A stretch of 56,397 nt of DNA, filler included, from Catajapyx aquilonaris (Eukaryota): assembly GCA_000934665.2 (NCBI GenBank). It is 2 parts of 2 records of this genome, joined end to end, with 100 filler letters (N's around TTAATTAATTAA, not from the genome) between each part and the next. Parts side by side here need not be neighbours in the genome. Positions count along the whole stretch, not along the records: positions 29,888 to 56,397 come from JYFJ02005193.1; 1 more part is not named here. One strand, written 5' to 3'. This document shows positions 39,764-50,960 of this stretch, in pieces. The first letter of the stretch is position 1. Each line of letters opens with the position of its first letter. Under the pieces are notes generated by a model. It did no database searches, had not been told where the DNA came from, and saw nothing but the letters and a program-made list of their open reading frames with translations. The position numbers and the translations under genes are program-made.

Positions 39764-41826
39764 ATGATGTTGGCTGCTCTGTGCGTGCATCTTGTTAAAG
39801 TGATATTTAATACCCTGACCTGGATCTTCCTGATCCCTCTACTTTTAATATCCATACCGATGTGGTTCATGTCTCGTCTGGGGGTGTGGTTGCGATTCGG
39901 GAACAAGAGGAAGCAACTGGCCGGGATCGAAACCTACTTCCTCTCCATAGATGAAACGAAAATGGGAACCGCAGCAGCATTCTATGTATTAGAAGGTTCG
40001 TTTAACAACATGCTGATGGAAGATCTAAACGGAAGGTTAGAGATGTGCATGCGAGATCATCCGGATGTGCACCTGACATCGACTGTAGAAAAGATCATGG
40101 GCTACTACTACTGGAGGAAGAAGGACAATTTCCGCCCAAAAGACATCTCCCATCTACTGAAAGGAGTGGATCCCGAGAAGACCTACACCGTCTCGGAAGT
40201 GGTTCGGATCTACACTGAAAACGTGCACTGCGCTCCGTTCCCGAAGGGAGTGCCATTGTTTGATTGGCACTTCGCACCGAAATGTGTGATGGATGAAGAA
40301 GTTGGGAGGCCGACCATGGAGAACAAAATGATGTGGATACTCAGAGTAAACCATGCAGTGTGTGACGGTATAGCACTTATCAAGTTGGCGAAAAGGTTGT
40401 GCATCTCATTTATTAAGATGTAGGGTAATTTAGGCTGGTACAATAATTGAAAGCTATTCACCATGTCAGAAGGTAATAATAAGGAGAATATCATGACTAG
40501 TTTATGAAGGGTGCTGATCCGTGAATAGAACTGTCAATCTAGTGTGGGAACAATGCCTTTAAGTAAAATATGGGCTACTATGAGCCATTATATTTGTGTT
40601 TTTTTTTTTTTTTTTGCATTATACGTAGAACTATCACCTTGTTTTTTTTGTAAATATCGTCCCAAGAACATGCAGCTCAATCAGTTGCCTGAATCACCTT
40701 ATTCTGTTTCAGATACTTGTTCGAGCAGGAGTTTTCATACAACCCGATTCCGCCTCTTCCTCCGATGTCTCCTTTGAAGATGTTCCTCCTGAACGCTGCG
40801 GCCATCTTCACCATCCCTTCCTTCCTCATTCCCCACACGTTCATGAGGATGCTGAACGACAGCCGTCTTCCTCCCCTGAGTGGGAAGAAGATATTCTGTT
40901 CGTTCTCTTTGGACACCTCCATTGTGAGGTTCATCAAAAAGAAGGTCGGATGCAACTTCTCAGACGTCATTCTCTCATCATTTGGCGCCTCCCTGCAAAA
41001 ATACTACAGCAACAAGAAGTATTCTCCGACGGTCATCAGGTCCGCCCTGACTTTGGCCTACCCTTCACCAGAGGAGGTCATCGAATCAAACAGCTTCACC
41101 GTTACAACCTTGCCCTTCTCAGCGAAGAAGATGGATCCTCTGGAGCGACTGAGAGACACGCAGAGAATGATAGTCCAGATCAAGAGGTCCCTTGAACCAT
41201 TGACCGTTTACTGGGGACTCAAAATACTGGGCCACATTATTCCAGGTCCATTGTTTCAGGCCTTGAGCGAGAAGGTAGACTACAGGGCAATCGTCAGTTA
41301 CCTTCCCGGAAGAGGACCCCAACTGACCTACAATGGGAAGAAAGTGCTGAGCTTTTTCTCCGCTACAATTCACCAAGATAGGAACGGTTAGTCTCTTGCT
41401 TACAAATTAACTAGTTCGGCCTGGGAGAGCCCCTTTGTAGGCTGCTCCGAGGCCCTTCTGGGCAGCCTACAAAGGGTCACACCATGAACTATGAACTACT
41501 TATAAGAACAGTCTAGATCTAGAATATGCAGACATTTAGGACTTCACCAAGACTTGTGTGCTTCATCCACGTACTACCTGGGTATGCAGAATTGATCTCA
41601 ATTCTGAGCCACACAGTCTTTATAGCCTCTTGTAATGTACAACACTATTATATTTTCAGGCATTGCCATCAACGCGTGTACATATGTGAATCAGATGAAC
41701 GTCAATTTCATGGTGGATTCTGCACTGGTCAGTGGAAGGGAAGAAGTGCAAGACATGGCAGACACTGTCCTGCAAAACACTCTTCAGTTGGCAGACATGC
41801 TGGGATACAACGAAAAGGACATGTAA
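39764..41826 (+). CDS. WS/DGAT-like (wax ester synthase/diacylglycerol acyltransferase family) O-acyltransferase, copy 1 (~490 aa)
   Basis: Exons 39764-40395, 40713-41386, 41660-41826 (GT-AG, phases 2 and 1). N-terminal hydrophobic anchor; RVNHAVCDG (HHxxxDG-like); family motifs CNFSDVILSSFGASLQKY, DPLERLR, VSYLPG, GIAINACTYVNQMNVNFMVD. AATAAA at 41966. Confidence 0.9.
41431..41476. other. Perfect 15-bp-stem hairpin in intron 2 of acyltransferase copy 1
   Basis: CCCTTTGTAGGCTGC ... GCAGCCTACAAAGGG is an exact reverse complement (extends 2 bp with a G-U pair), ~12-nt loop. Confidence 0.85.
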
Positions 41827-42852
41827 AATGTTTCCATTAATTTATTGTTGAGATGTTTGCCGGGGCATTATGCATATGATGGGGCAGTAAACTCACTCGA
41901 ACTTCAAACATGCCATAGTTTCTTTATTTATGAAATCGCGACATGTAACATTACAGGTAACAGACAATAAAAACAGTTCTGGAATGGCAGTTATATGATA
42001 ATAAATATATTGCAAGAACTTAGTTATCCTTCATTTCTTAATGGTATCACGCAAATGATTGTAAGCAATATTATATCAAGCAGTCTGATGCGTCTTCTGC
42101 TACAAGACTACTTATTATAAGAAAAGTAGAACCTGCAAACATCACGTGTCATAATGTATGTAGGTTACTTATTGTTAATGCATGGTGAGTATTTCAGTTG
42201 TAGGCGACCCTGTCGTTGCAGAAGTACTGAACAATTTATGAGAAACTATTTTAGCATTTGGGTTAATTTTTTTTAAAGGTATGGCAATAACCAATGAGCT
42301 GCAGTCTAAGTGGAAACGGGCATCAATTTAATCCATCATTAGCCTAAACAATTCCTTGCAGTTTTATTTATAACGCACCATATTTGATCTGTATATGAAA
42401 CAATTTTATTCAGATTTACACAGTAGCCTACATATTATGTACGTCACATCCATTGATATTCAGAATTTTGTAATAATTTCATGAACCTAATTAGTCAGCT
42501 TGGACAGAGCATCAGATAACCAGTCATCTTGCTCATCCTGGTGGACAATGGACAGGACGAATATCTTCTGGTCATCTGGTATCTCATGCCCTCAAAGTTA
42601 TTGATGGAAACCCAACGACCATTTGCTAAGCACCTGAAGAAATTAGGAAAATTCCGCAATTAGAAAGAGGTCTGTAAATGTTAATGTTAATACTAGAATT
42701 TAAGTTTTTAGCACCAACAGACCAGTTTTCAACAATGTCAACAATGAAGGCTCAATATTGTTGCAACAATATTACCTGCTGGTGCCAGTGGATCATCAGA
42801 GGCATATGGCTGATTGCATCTAAATGTAGCCGAATACTTGCTCCGTTAAAGT

Positions 42853-43150
42853 CCTGTGAAATTAATTGTGGAAATATTTACCGAAGCATATGCATGGATC
42901 GGTAATGAATCATCTCATGCTATAATTGCTCATATGACCTTGTTGTTTTGATAAAATCGTGAAGTGCAACACTACCGGTTAGCAGGGAAAACCCGTAGTA
43001 TTTGGAATAATGGATGTTTTGCAACCACTTGCCCTTCATTTCTTAATGATATTTCACAAAATGATTGTATTATATAACACCGACTAATGAGCCATATGCA
43101 AGGATGGCGCCTATAAAAAAAAGACCTGCGAATATCACGTGGCATAATTG
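42853..43150 (+). pseudogene. Relic 3' end/spacer of a lost acyltransferase paralog
   Basis: CCTGTGAA...ATTGTGGAAATAT...GCATATG...CGGTAATGAA...CCTTGTTG...AAATCG...TGTTTTGCAA...CCTTCATTTC aligns by eye to the stop codon and 3' flank of copy 2 (45393-45620), with no coding exons in front of it. Confidence 0.6.
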
Positions 43151-43424
43151 ATGCAATTGGATGCTTTACTGTACTATAGTTCCACAGATCGAGGAGGAGC
43201 ATTGCTGAAGAACTAGTGAGCTGTGGATTCCAACATCTGCTTGGAAGCAACATTCACTTTCTGTGTCTATTTATTCTGGAGCAGCTTCTCGCGCTAATAT
43301 TGAACTTGGGCAGTGAACCACCCTGCAAATGATTATTGTATACAGGAGTGAAAAGTATCAAGGAATCGATCTTCGCTATTTGCATAGTCATACATTGCGC
43401 TAACCGTGGCCAATTAAAGTGGGG

Positions 43425-45399
43425 ATGATGTTTGCTCCTCTGTGCATATTACTTGTTAAAGTGATATTCAACGTTTTCATCTGGATCTTCTTGATCCCTC
43501 TACTTGTAATATCCGTACCGGTATGGGTCGTGTCTCGTCTGGTGGTGTGGTTGCGATTCGGGAACATGAGAAGGCAACTGGCCGGGATGGAAGCCTATTT
43601 TATTTCCATCGACGAAACCAAAATGGGTGCTACTGGCGCATTGTTCGTGACGCAATGTCCGTTTGATGACATGTTGGTGGAAGATCTGATGTGCAGGGCG
43701 GATCGAATCTTGCGTGATTGCCCGGAAATGCCATTGGGTTCGACTGTGGAAAAGATCCTGGGTTACTACTACTGGAGGAAGAAGGACGAATTCCACCCAA
43801 GAGACAGCTTCCATCTACTGAAAGGAGTGGACCCCGAGAAGACCTACACCATCTCGGAAGTGGTTCGGATCTACACTGACAACGTGCACTGCGCTCCGTT
43901 CGCCAAGGGAATGCCACTTGGTGACATTCATTATGCACCGAGATGTGTGATGGACGACGAGGTTGGGAAGCCGAATGTGGAGAACAAAGTCGTATTGATC
44001 CTCAGAGCGAACCATGCAGTGTGCGACGGTATAGGGCTTTTCAAGTTGGCGAAAAGGTTGTGCCTCTCATTTATTAAAATTATGTAGGGTAATTTAGGCT
44101 GGTACAATAATTGACAGCTATTCACCATGTCAGAAGGTAATAATAAGGAGAATATCATGACTAGTTTATGAAGGGTGCTGATTCATGAATAGAACTTTCA
44201 ATCTGCTGTGGCAACACTTCGAGTAAAATATGGGCTACTATGAGTCATTATATTTGTGTTTTTTTTGCATGGTAGAACTATCACCTTGTTTTTTGTAAAT
44301 ATTGGCCCAAGAACATGCGGCTCAATCAGTTGCCTGAATCACCTTATTAATTCTGTTTCAGATACTTCTTCGAGCAGGAGTTTTCATACAACCCGATTCC
44401 TCCTCTTCCTCCGATGTCTCCTTTGAAGATGTTCCTTCTGAACGCTGCGGCCATCTTCAGCATCCCTTCCTTCCTCGTTCCCCACACGTTCAGAAGGATG
44501 CTGAACGACAGCCGTCTTCCTCCCCTGAGTGGGAAGAAGATATTCTGTTCGTTCTCTTTGGACACCTCCATCGTCAGGTTCATCAAGAGGAAGGCCGGGT
44601 GCAACTTCTCAGACGTCATTCTCTCCTCGTTTGGCGCCTGCCTGCAAAAGTACTACAGCAACAAGAAGTATTCTCCGTCGGTCATCAGGTCCGCCCTGGT
44701 GTTGGCCTACCCTTCACCAGAGGAGGTCATCGAAACAAACAGCTTCACCGTTACAACCTTGCCTTTCTCAGCGAAGACGCTGGATCCGCTGGAGCGACTG
44801 AGAGAAACCCAGAGAATGATAGGCCAGATCAAGAGGTCCCTTGAACCACTGTCGGTTTACTGGGGATTCAGAATACTGGGCCACATTCTTCCGGGTCCAT
44901 TGTTTCAGGCCTTGAGCAAGACGGTAGACTACAGGGCAAGCGTCAGTTACCTTCCCGGAAGAGGACCCCAACTGACCTACGATGGGAAGAAAGTGCTGAG
45001 CTTTTTCTCCACTACAATTCACCAAGATAAGAATGGTTAGTCTTTTGCCCACCTTACTGTGACATCTACCGCTATGCGGATGTGATCTCAATTCTAAGGC
45101 ACATGGTCTTTATAGCCTCTTGTAATAAACAACACCCAATGCATATACCATAGACCGCTTATGTAATGACATATCAATATTGCTTGATAACCGGTTTCCA
45201 AAATGAGTCTGTTTATATATTTTCAGGCATTGCCATCAACGCGTGTACATATGTGAATCAGATGAACGTCAATTTTATGGTGGATTCTGCACTGGTCAGT
45301 GGAAGGGAAGAAGTGCAAGACATGGCAGACACTGCTCTGAAAAACACTCTTCAGTTGGCAGACATGCTGGGATACAACGAAAAGGAAAAGGACCTGTGA
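43425..45399 (+). CDS. WS/DGAT-like O-acyltransferase, copy 2 (~492 aa)
   Basis: Exons 43425-44056, 44362-45035, 45227-45399; motif RANHAVCDG; same family motifs as copy 1; AATAAA at 45569. Confidence 0.9.
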
Positions 45400-45627
45400 A
45401 ATGTTCCCATTAATTATTGTGGAAATATACCGCATGCATATGGTGGTGCGGTAATGAACCAACTCACGATAATTATTGCAAATACGTCCTTGTTGCTTTT
45501 ATGAAATCGAGCCGTGTGGCACTGCAGGTTACTAGACAAAAACAGTTATGTAATGGCAGGTTTATGATAATAAAATAATGTTTTGCAACAACTTACACCT
45601 TCATTTCGTAATGATATTATATGCAAA

Positions 45628-47838
45628 TCTAATACATATTTCAAGACCTATATCTGTCTGGATGTCTGTGACCTATGCAAATCCATACGGAGGCCTCCAC
45701 ATATGCCCCAGGGGTATCACCAGGGGTAGTTTTTTACCGGGAAGGTTCTTAGCGCATTGGAATTGACCTCCGAGGTCCTCCTTGGCCACAGGAGGCGGAG
45801 GTACTTTGGGAAGTTGGCCCCCTGTGTTCTAATAATGCTGTTCAGTTGCCCTGGAAACCATATTCCTTCCCTCCTCTCCCTCNTCCCCCCCCCCCCCACC
45901 TGCCACCGCCTCCTCCAGCCCCTCAGTGTCATTACATTTCTACGTGGTGGCTGTACTTTGGTCAGTGTTTTTGCACTCACATTGGTTGCATACTTTATTG
46001 TTCCTATTTAGAATTCATTATTACACACTGTTGCCTTGGTTACGAGACTTCTGGTGATGATCACGTTTTGTTCATAATATTCAAAGAGTTCCATATCTTG
46101 CTATCCTGGTATCTCATTCCATGTTTATCCTATAGACACGGTGGCACGGTCCAAGTACGGCCTCGGGGCAGGCCCAGGGTTCGAGCTGGTGGTATACAAA
46201 TGCGCTGTATGTTTTGGGTCGTTTGTTCAGGCAGCCTGTCGGGATTTTCTTGGCGTACTTTTCCTGCCATACCTTTTCCTCTACGTTTACTATGTCATGT
46301 GCTTTTTGTCGGAATTCCCTTCTTCCGAACTGTGTTACGCTCTGTGTCAGGTAGTTTTCAATGGTTTTGCTTTTATTTGTTTTTTCCCCCTTTGTAAAAT
46401 TTGGACCTCCACATTCTCAGTGTATATTCAGAAGTCGTTATGGGATGTGGCTTAACGTGTTTAAGGTGTGGTATAATGTGTATAATGGTATTACGCGTAT
46501 AAGGTGTGGCATAATGTGGTCTACGTAGGTACTGTGTCATGCAGTTTTCAATCTTTTTTGCATTTGTTTGTTTTTTCACTTTGTAACGCTTGGACTTCCA
46601 CATTCTCAACACCCCACCGACTTTAAGATGGGCCTAAAAACATAGTAACATTGGCAGAAGCGCATTGGATACATACAGAGTTCGGCTAAGGGTGAGGGAC
46701 CAAGGCACTGAGGAAGAACACCAAGCATGTCTCCACTCTATGAGAAACGCGGCCATCAGTCGGAGATTAGCTCCATTTTCATCAACCCACCTCCTACATG
46801 CCGCTTTCCACTACTCAGCAGACATTGACTATTCTTCTGTCGATGTTGTTGCAATTGGATCTATGTCAGAGGTATGCCACCATTGTCAGGCAAAGAAGTG
46901 GAAGGGTGAAACAAAAACGATCTGTTGCTCCATTGGAAAAGTTAGCCTTCCTCTACTGGCTGAGCCTCCCACAAGCCACTTAAAATGTTCCTCTTATAGG
47001 CACATCACCTGATTCAAAACATTTCCTGAAGACCATCAGAAGGGGCTTCATGCATACATTCAAAGTGCAAGGGCAAATTTACCATCGCATGGGATCACTC
47101 CTTCCTTCAGAAAATCAGAGCCCACGGTTTCTGCAACTTTACTTCGTGGGGAACATGCAACAGCAGGCGGAATACCGTTGCACCTACTTAAACACACGCC
47201 TCGACATCATACTGCAACTTCAGGAGATGATCCATTCCACTCACACTTAACTTACGTCAAAAGCTTCAAGCTTGCACTTGAGAGTCCTCCTCCTCTCGAA
47301 TTTGACTTGGTCATAGATATACAGACAAGCGACCACAAGGCGAGCATCGTGGTCGATTCAATCAACCTTCTTGCAATGAGATTGCTGTGATCATGAGTGG
47401 TCAGGAGCATGGTAATAAGAGGGACATTGTGTTCAGTGAAGCTTCGAGACAACACTCTTCATCTATGCAATTATGAACGCAATTGGCCATACCAAATATT
47501 GCATGTGCATCAAGTCCAAGAAAAAAACACAATGGATGTCAGATTGTAAGCTCTGCCATGCTGGAGCTTCTACATTCTACATTTACTTTCACATTTACTG
47601 CACAACCTTCAATTTTTCATTACATACTTTTGCTGGATTTTGAAGGTGCATTGTGTATTTTCTTACAATCCGACATCCGCAGTGTGTTGTTTGGACTTCA
47701 TGCACTTGCAATATGCTCCATGTCACTGGTATGCCAACATTGTATAGCCATAATTAGTGCAAAGGTTACTACCAAATCAACGAGTCACTCCTATGGAAAA
47801 GTATTTCATAACCCGAGCAACGCCGGGTATCCTGCTAG
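45628..47838 (+). mobile_element. Non-autonomous Helitron carrying a decayed Rep/Hel N-terminal fragment
   Basis: 5' TC after A (A|TCTAATAC); 3' hairpin ACCCGAGCAACGCCGGGT followed by CTAG|T; no TSD. The first ~170 bp and last ~250 bp are shared with 53567-54911. The flanks rejoin into the spacer sequence seen downstream of the other paralogs. Confidence 0.92.
46665..47440 (+). pseudogene. Frameshifted Helitron Rep/helicase N-terminal region
   Basis: Pieces in different frames: AAFHYSADIDYS..IGSMSEVCHHCQAKKWKGETKTICCSIGKVSLP; SPDSKHFLKTIR; TFKVQGQIYHRMGSLLP..PRFLQLYF; YVKSFK; DKRPQGEHRGRFNQPSCNEIAVI..RDIV. These are hallmark Helitron RepHel motifs (CxxC/CC zinc-finger-like, GQIYH, EHxGRFN). 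Confidence 0.9.
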
Positions 47839-48705
47839 TGTTATATATAACGCAGTCTAATAAGTCATTCGCTACAAGGTAACTTCCTGTAAGAAAAGGA
47901 CTTGCACACATTGTCATAATTTATGATTTCTACTGGGGTTGCTGTTTACTGAAAAAGTGCACTGATTGTACAACTCATTTGATTAACAAAATATACTGTA
48001 TATCCCAATTGCGGGTATGTCATAATGACAAATGCGATTAATGTTTTTTTTGCAATATTACAGGACCCAAAGTCAAATCGGAAGAATAAGGGTTGCGTAT
48101 ACCGTTTTTTTTGGCGTACAATACGACACATCCTTTTGCACAATTATTTCGAAACTACTGCGTCTTTCAAGGTTAATATACGTATGTGTACCCCCATGAA
48201 TATATATCATAATAGAAATCGCAGCCATTTTGCAATCCAATTCAACTTGGTATATATTTTTTATCCAAAAAAGTGTAAGCCTATACGCGAAAGAATCCCC
48301 GGATTAGAAAAAAAGGTATCTTCTTGCAATAACTTTCTCAAGTTCCATTTAAAAAACATTATTGCAAGGATGAATCTAGACCATTGGAAATTGCGACATA
48401 CAAGGTTACATACATAGGAAAAATGGCCTACAACCATCATGTGCAATGTATTTTTGTACAGGGTGGTTTACAAAAATAAATCAACGGATCGAGCTTTTTT
48501 CCTTCTCAAACTGATGATTCCTGGTGAAAGCAACATACTCATATCACTGATTGGACTTGTGCAGTGCACCACCCGGCATATGCTGACTGGCAAAAAAAAC
48601 ACCATGGAAATATAGCAACAGTGTTTGCTACGCTCTATTAAATAACTTGTTCTACAATAGCAGCAGTGTATATTTTGCTTTTGGTGGCCATCACAGACGG
48701 CGAGG

Positions 48706-50458
48706 ATGTTGGCGTCTCTGTGCCTACTCCCTCTGAAAGTGATCTTCAATGTCTTGTACTGGATCTTCCTCTTGATCCCACTGCTCTTGTTGTTCCTACC
48801 AGTATGGCTCGTGTCTCGTCTGGTTGTGTGGTTACGATTCGGGAACAAGAGGAAGCAAGTGTCCGGAATGGAAACCTACTTTCTTTCCATCGACGAAACC
48901 AAAATGGGTGCGACGGCCGTGTTTTATGTAATAGCTGCTCCGTTTGAAAATGTGGAAGAAGTTATGGAAGAGTTGAAAGACAGGTTGACAAAATGCACGA
49001 ATGATCATCCGGAACTTCCAATGACTTCAACTGCAGAAAGGATCCTAGGCTACTACTACTGGAGGAAGAAGGAGAACATCGGTTCAAAAGACGTGTGCCA
49101 TCTACTGAAAGGAGTGGACCCCGAGAAGACCTACACCGTCTCGGAAGTGGTTCGGATGTACATTGACAACGTGCACTGCGCTCCGTTCGCCAAGGGAATG
49201 CCACTTGGTGATGGTCACTATGCACCAAAATGTGTTATGGATGACGAGGTTGGGAAACCGAACTTGGAGAACAAAGTTGTGGTCATGCTCAGAGCAAATC
49301 ATGCCTTAGCCGACGGTATAGCGCACATCAAGATTGTCAAAAGGTTGTATAATTATGATGTTATTAATTAATAACTGGGTGTTTCGCCCATGCAAGATAT
49401 ATTCTGACGACTTTTTAGTAGGTAACATCACCTTCTGTTTCAGATACATCTTCGAACAGGAATTTTCCTATAATCCGATCCCTCCACTGCCGCCGATGTA
49501 TCCCTGGACGATGTTCCTTCTGAACGCTGCGGCCATCTTCAGCATCCCTTCCACTCTTATCCCTCACACATTCAGAAGGATGCTGAACGACAGCCGTCTT
49601 CCTCCCCTGAGTGGGAAGAAGATATTCTGTTCCTTCTCCATGGACACCTCCATCGTCAGGTTCATCAAGAAGAAGGCCGGATGCAACTTCTCGGACGTCA
49701 TTCTCTCCTCGTTTGGCGCCTGTCTGCAAAAGTACTACAGCAACAAGAAGTATTCTCCGTCGGACATCAGATCCGCCCTGGTGTTGGCCTACCCTTCACA
49801 AGAGGAGTTCTACGAGACAAACACAATCACCACTGCCACCTTGCATTTCTCAGCGAAGAAGATGGATCCTCTGGAGCGACTGAGAGACACTCAGAGAATG
49901 ATAGGCCAGATCAAGAGGTCCCTTGAACCCCTGTCGGTTTACTGGGGATTCAGAATACTGGGCCACATTCTTCCGGGTCCACTGTTTCAGGCCTTGAGCA
50001 AGAAGGCAGACTACAGGGCAAGTGTCACCTACCTTCCCGGAAGAGGACCCCAACTGACCTACGATGGGAAGAAAGTGCTGAGCTTTTCCTCCACTACCAT
50101 TCATCAAGATAAGAACGGTTAGTCTGTTTGCTTACGAACCACCTTGTTGGAATATATTAATGCAAAATGACCTAATATATGGCATGTGGTGTAGCCTCGT
50201 ATAATATGCACATCATAAGGTCTATACTGCATAATGGCATATCAACAACTTAATAAATAGGAAACTAATGTGTTTATATTTTCAGGGATTGCTATCAACG
50301 CGTGTACATATGTGAATAAGTTGAACGTCAATTTCCTGGTGGATTCTGCCCTGGTCAGTGGAAGAGAAGAAGTGCAAGACATGGCAGACGCTGTCCTGCA
50401 AAACATTCTTCAGTTGGCAGACATGCTGGGATACAACGAAAAGGAAAAGGATATATGA
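48706..50458 (+). CDS. WS/DGAT-like O-acyltransferase, copy 3 (~494 aa)
   Basis: Exons 48706-49343, 49444-50117, 50286-50458; motif RANHALADG; AATAAA at 50541. Confidence 0.9.
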
Positions 50459-50960
50459 AATGCTTCCGATAAATAATGCTAAAAATATTTTTCGAAGCAT
50501 GATGTACGTATCACACAGCGGAATAACATTATTTTAAAACAATAAATTATAAAAAGGGTATTTCTACATGCCAGAATGAAAGTTTCGCAACAGCTCATCC
50601 GTTATTTCTTAATAATATTTCACAATATTCATTGTAAACAATTATGCAGTGTAACACCACTAAATGCGTCATACTCTACAAGGCTACTCCTTACAAGAAA
50701 TGACCTACACACAAGTCATATCTTCTTGAACAAATCCACAAATAGAGCAGGATGATTGCGGAGCAATTAGTGATTGGCTCAACCTAGGATCCAGTTGGAA
50801 TCAACTTTTCTTCTTTGATTTCTGAATTTCTTGGTGTCTTCTCGCCCTGATTGGAGACTTTGGCAGTGGCTCCAATATTGTTCCTAAGGTTTCTTAATGA
50901 ATAGATCTTCGTGATCTGCAGCTTGTGCATTTCTGCTGGTGGCCATTTTAAACGGCGAGG

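Noticed and set aside
45846..46455. 183-aa and 104-aa ORFs inside the Helitron as captured host genes
   Set aside because: Low-complexity, F/C-rich translations spanning a poly-C/N tract and repeat scraps, with no recognisable domain.
48090..48290. Weak inverted similarity (GCGTATA...TTTTTTGG / CCAAAAAA...TATACGCG) upstream of copy 3
   Set aside because: Too short and gapped to call as a MITE without a copy-number search.
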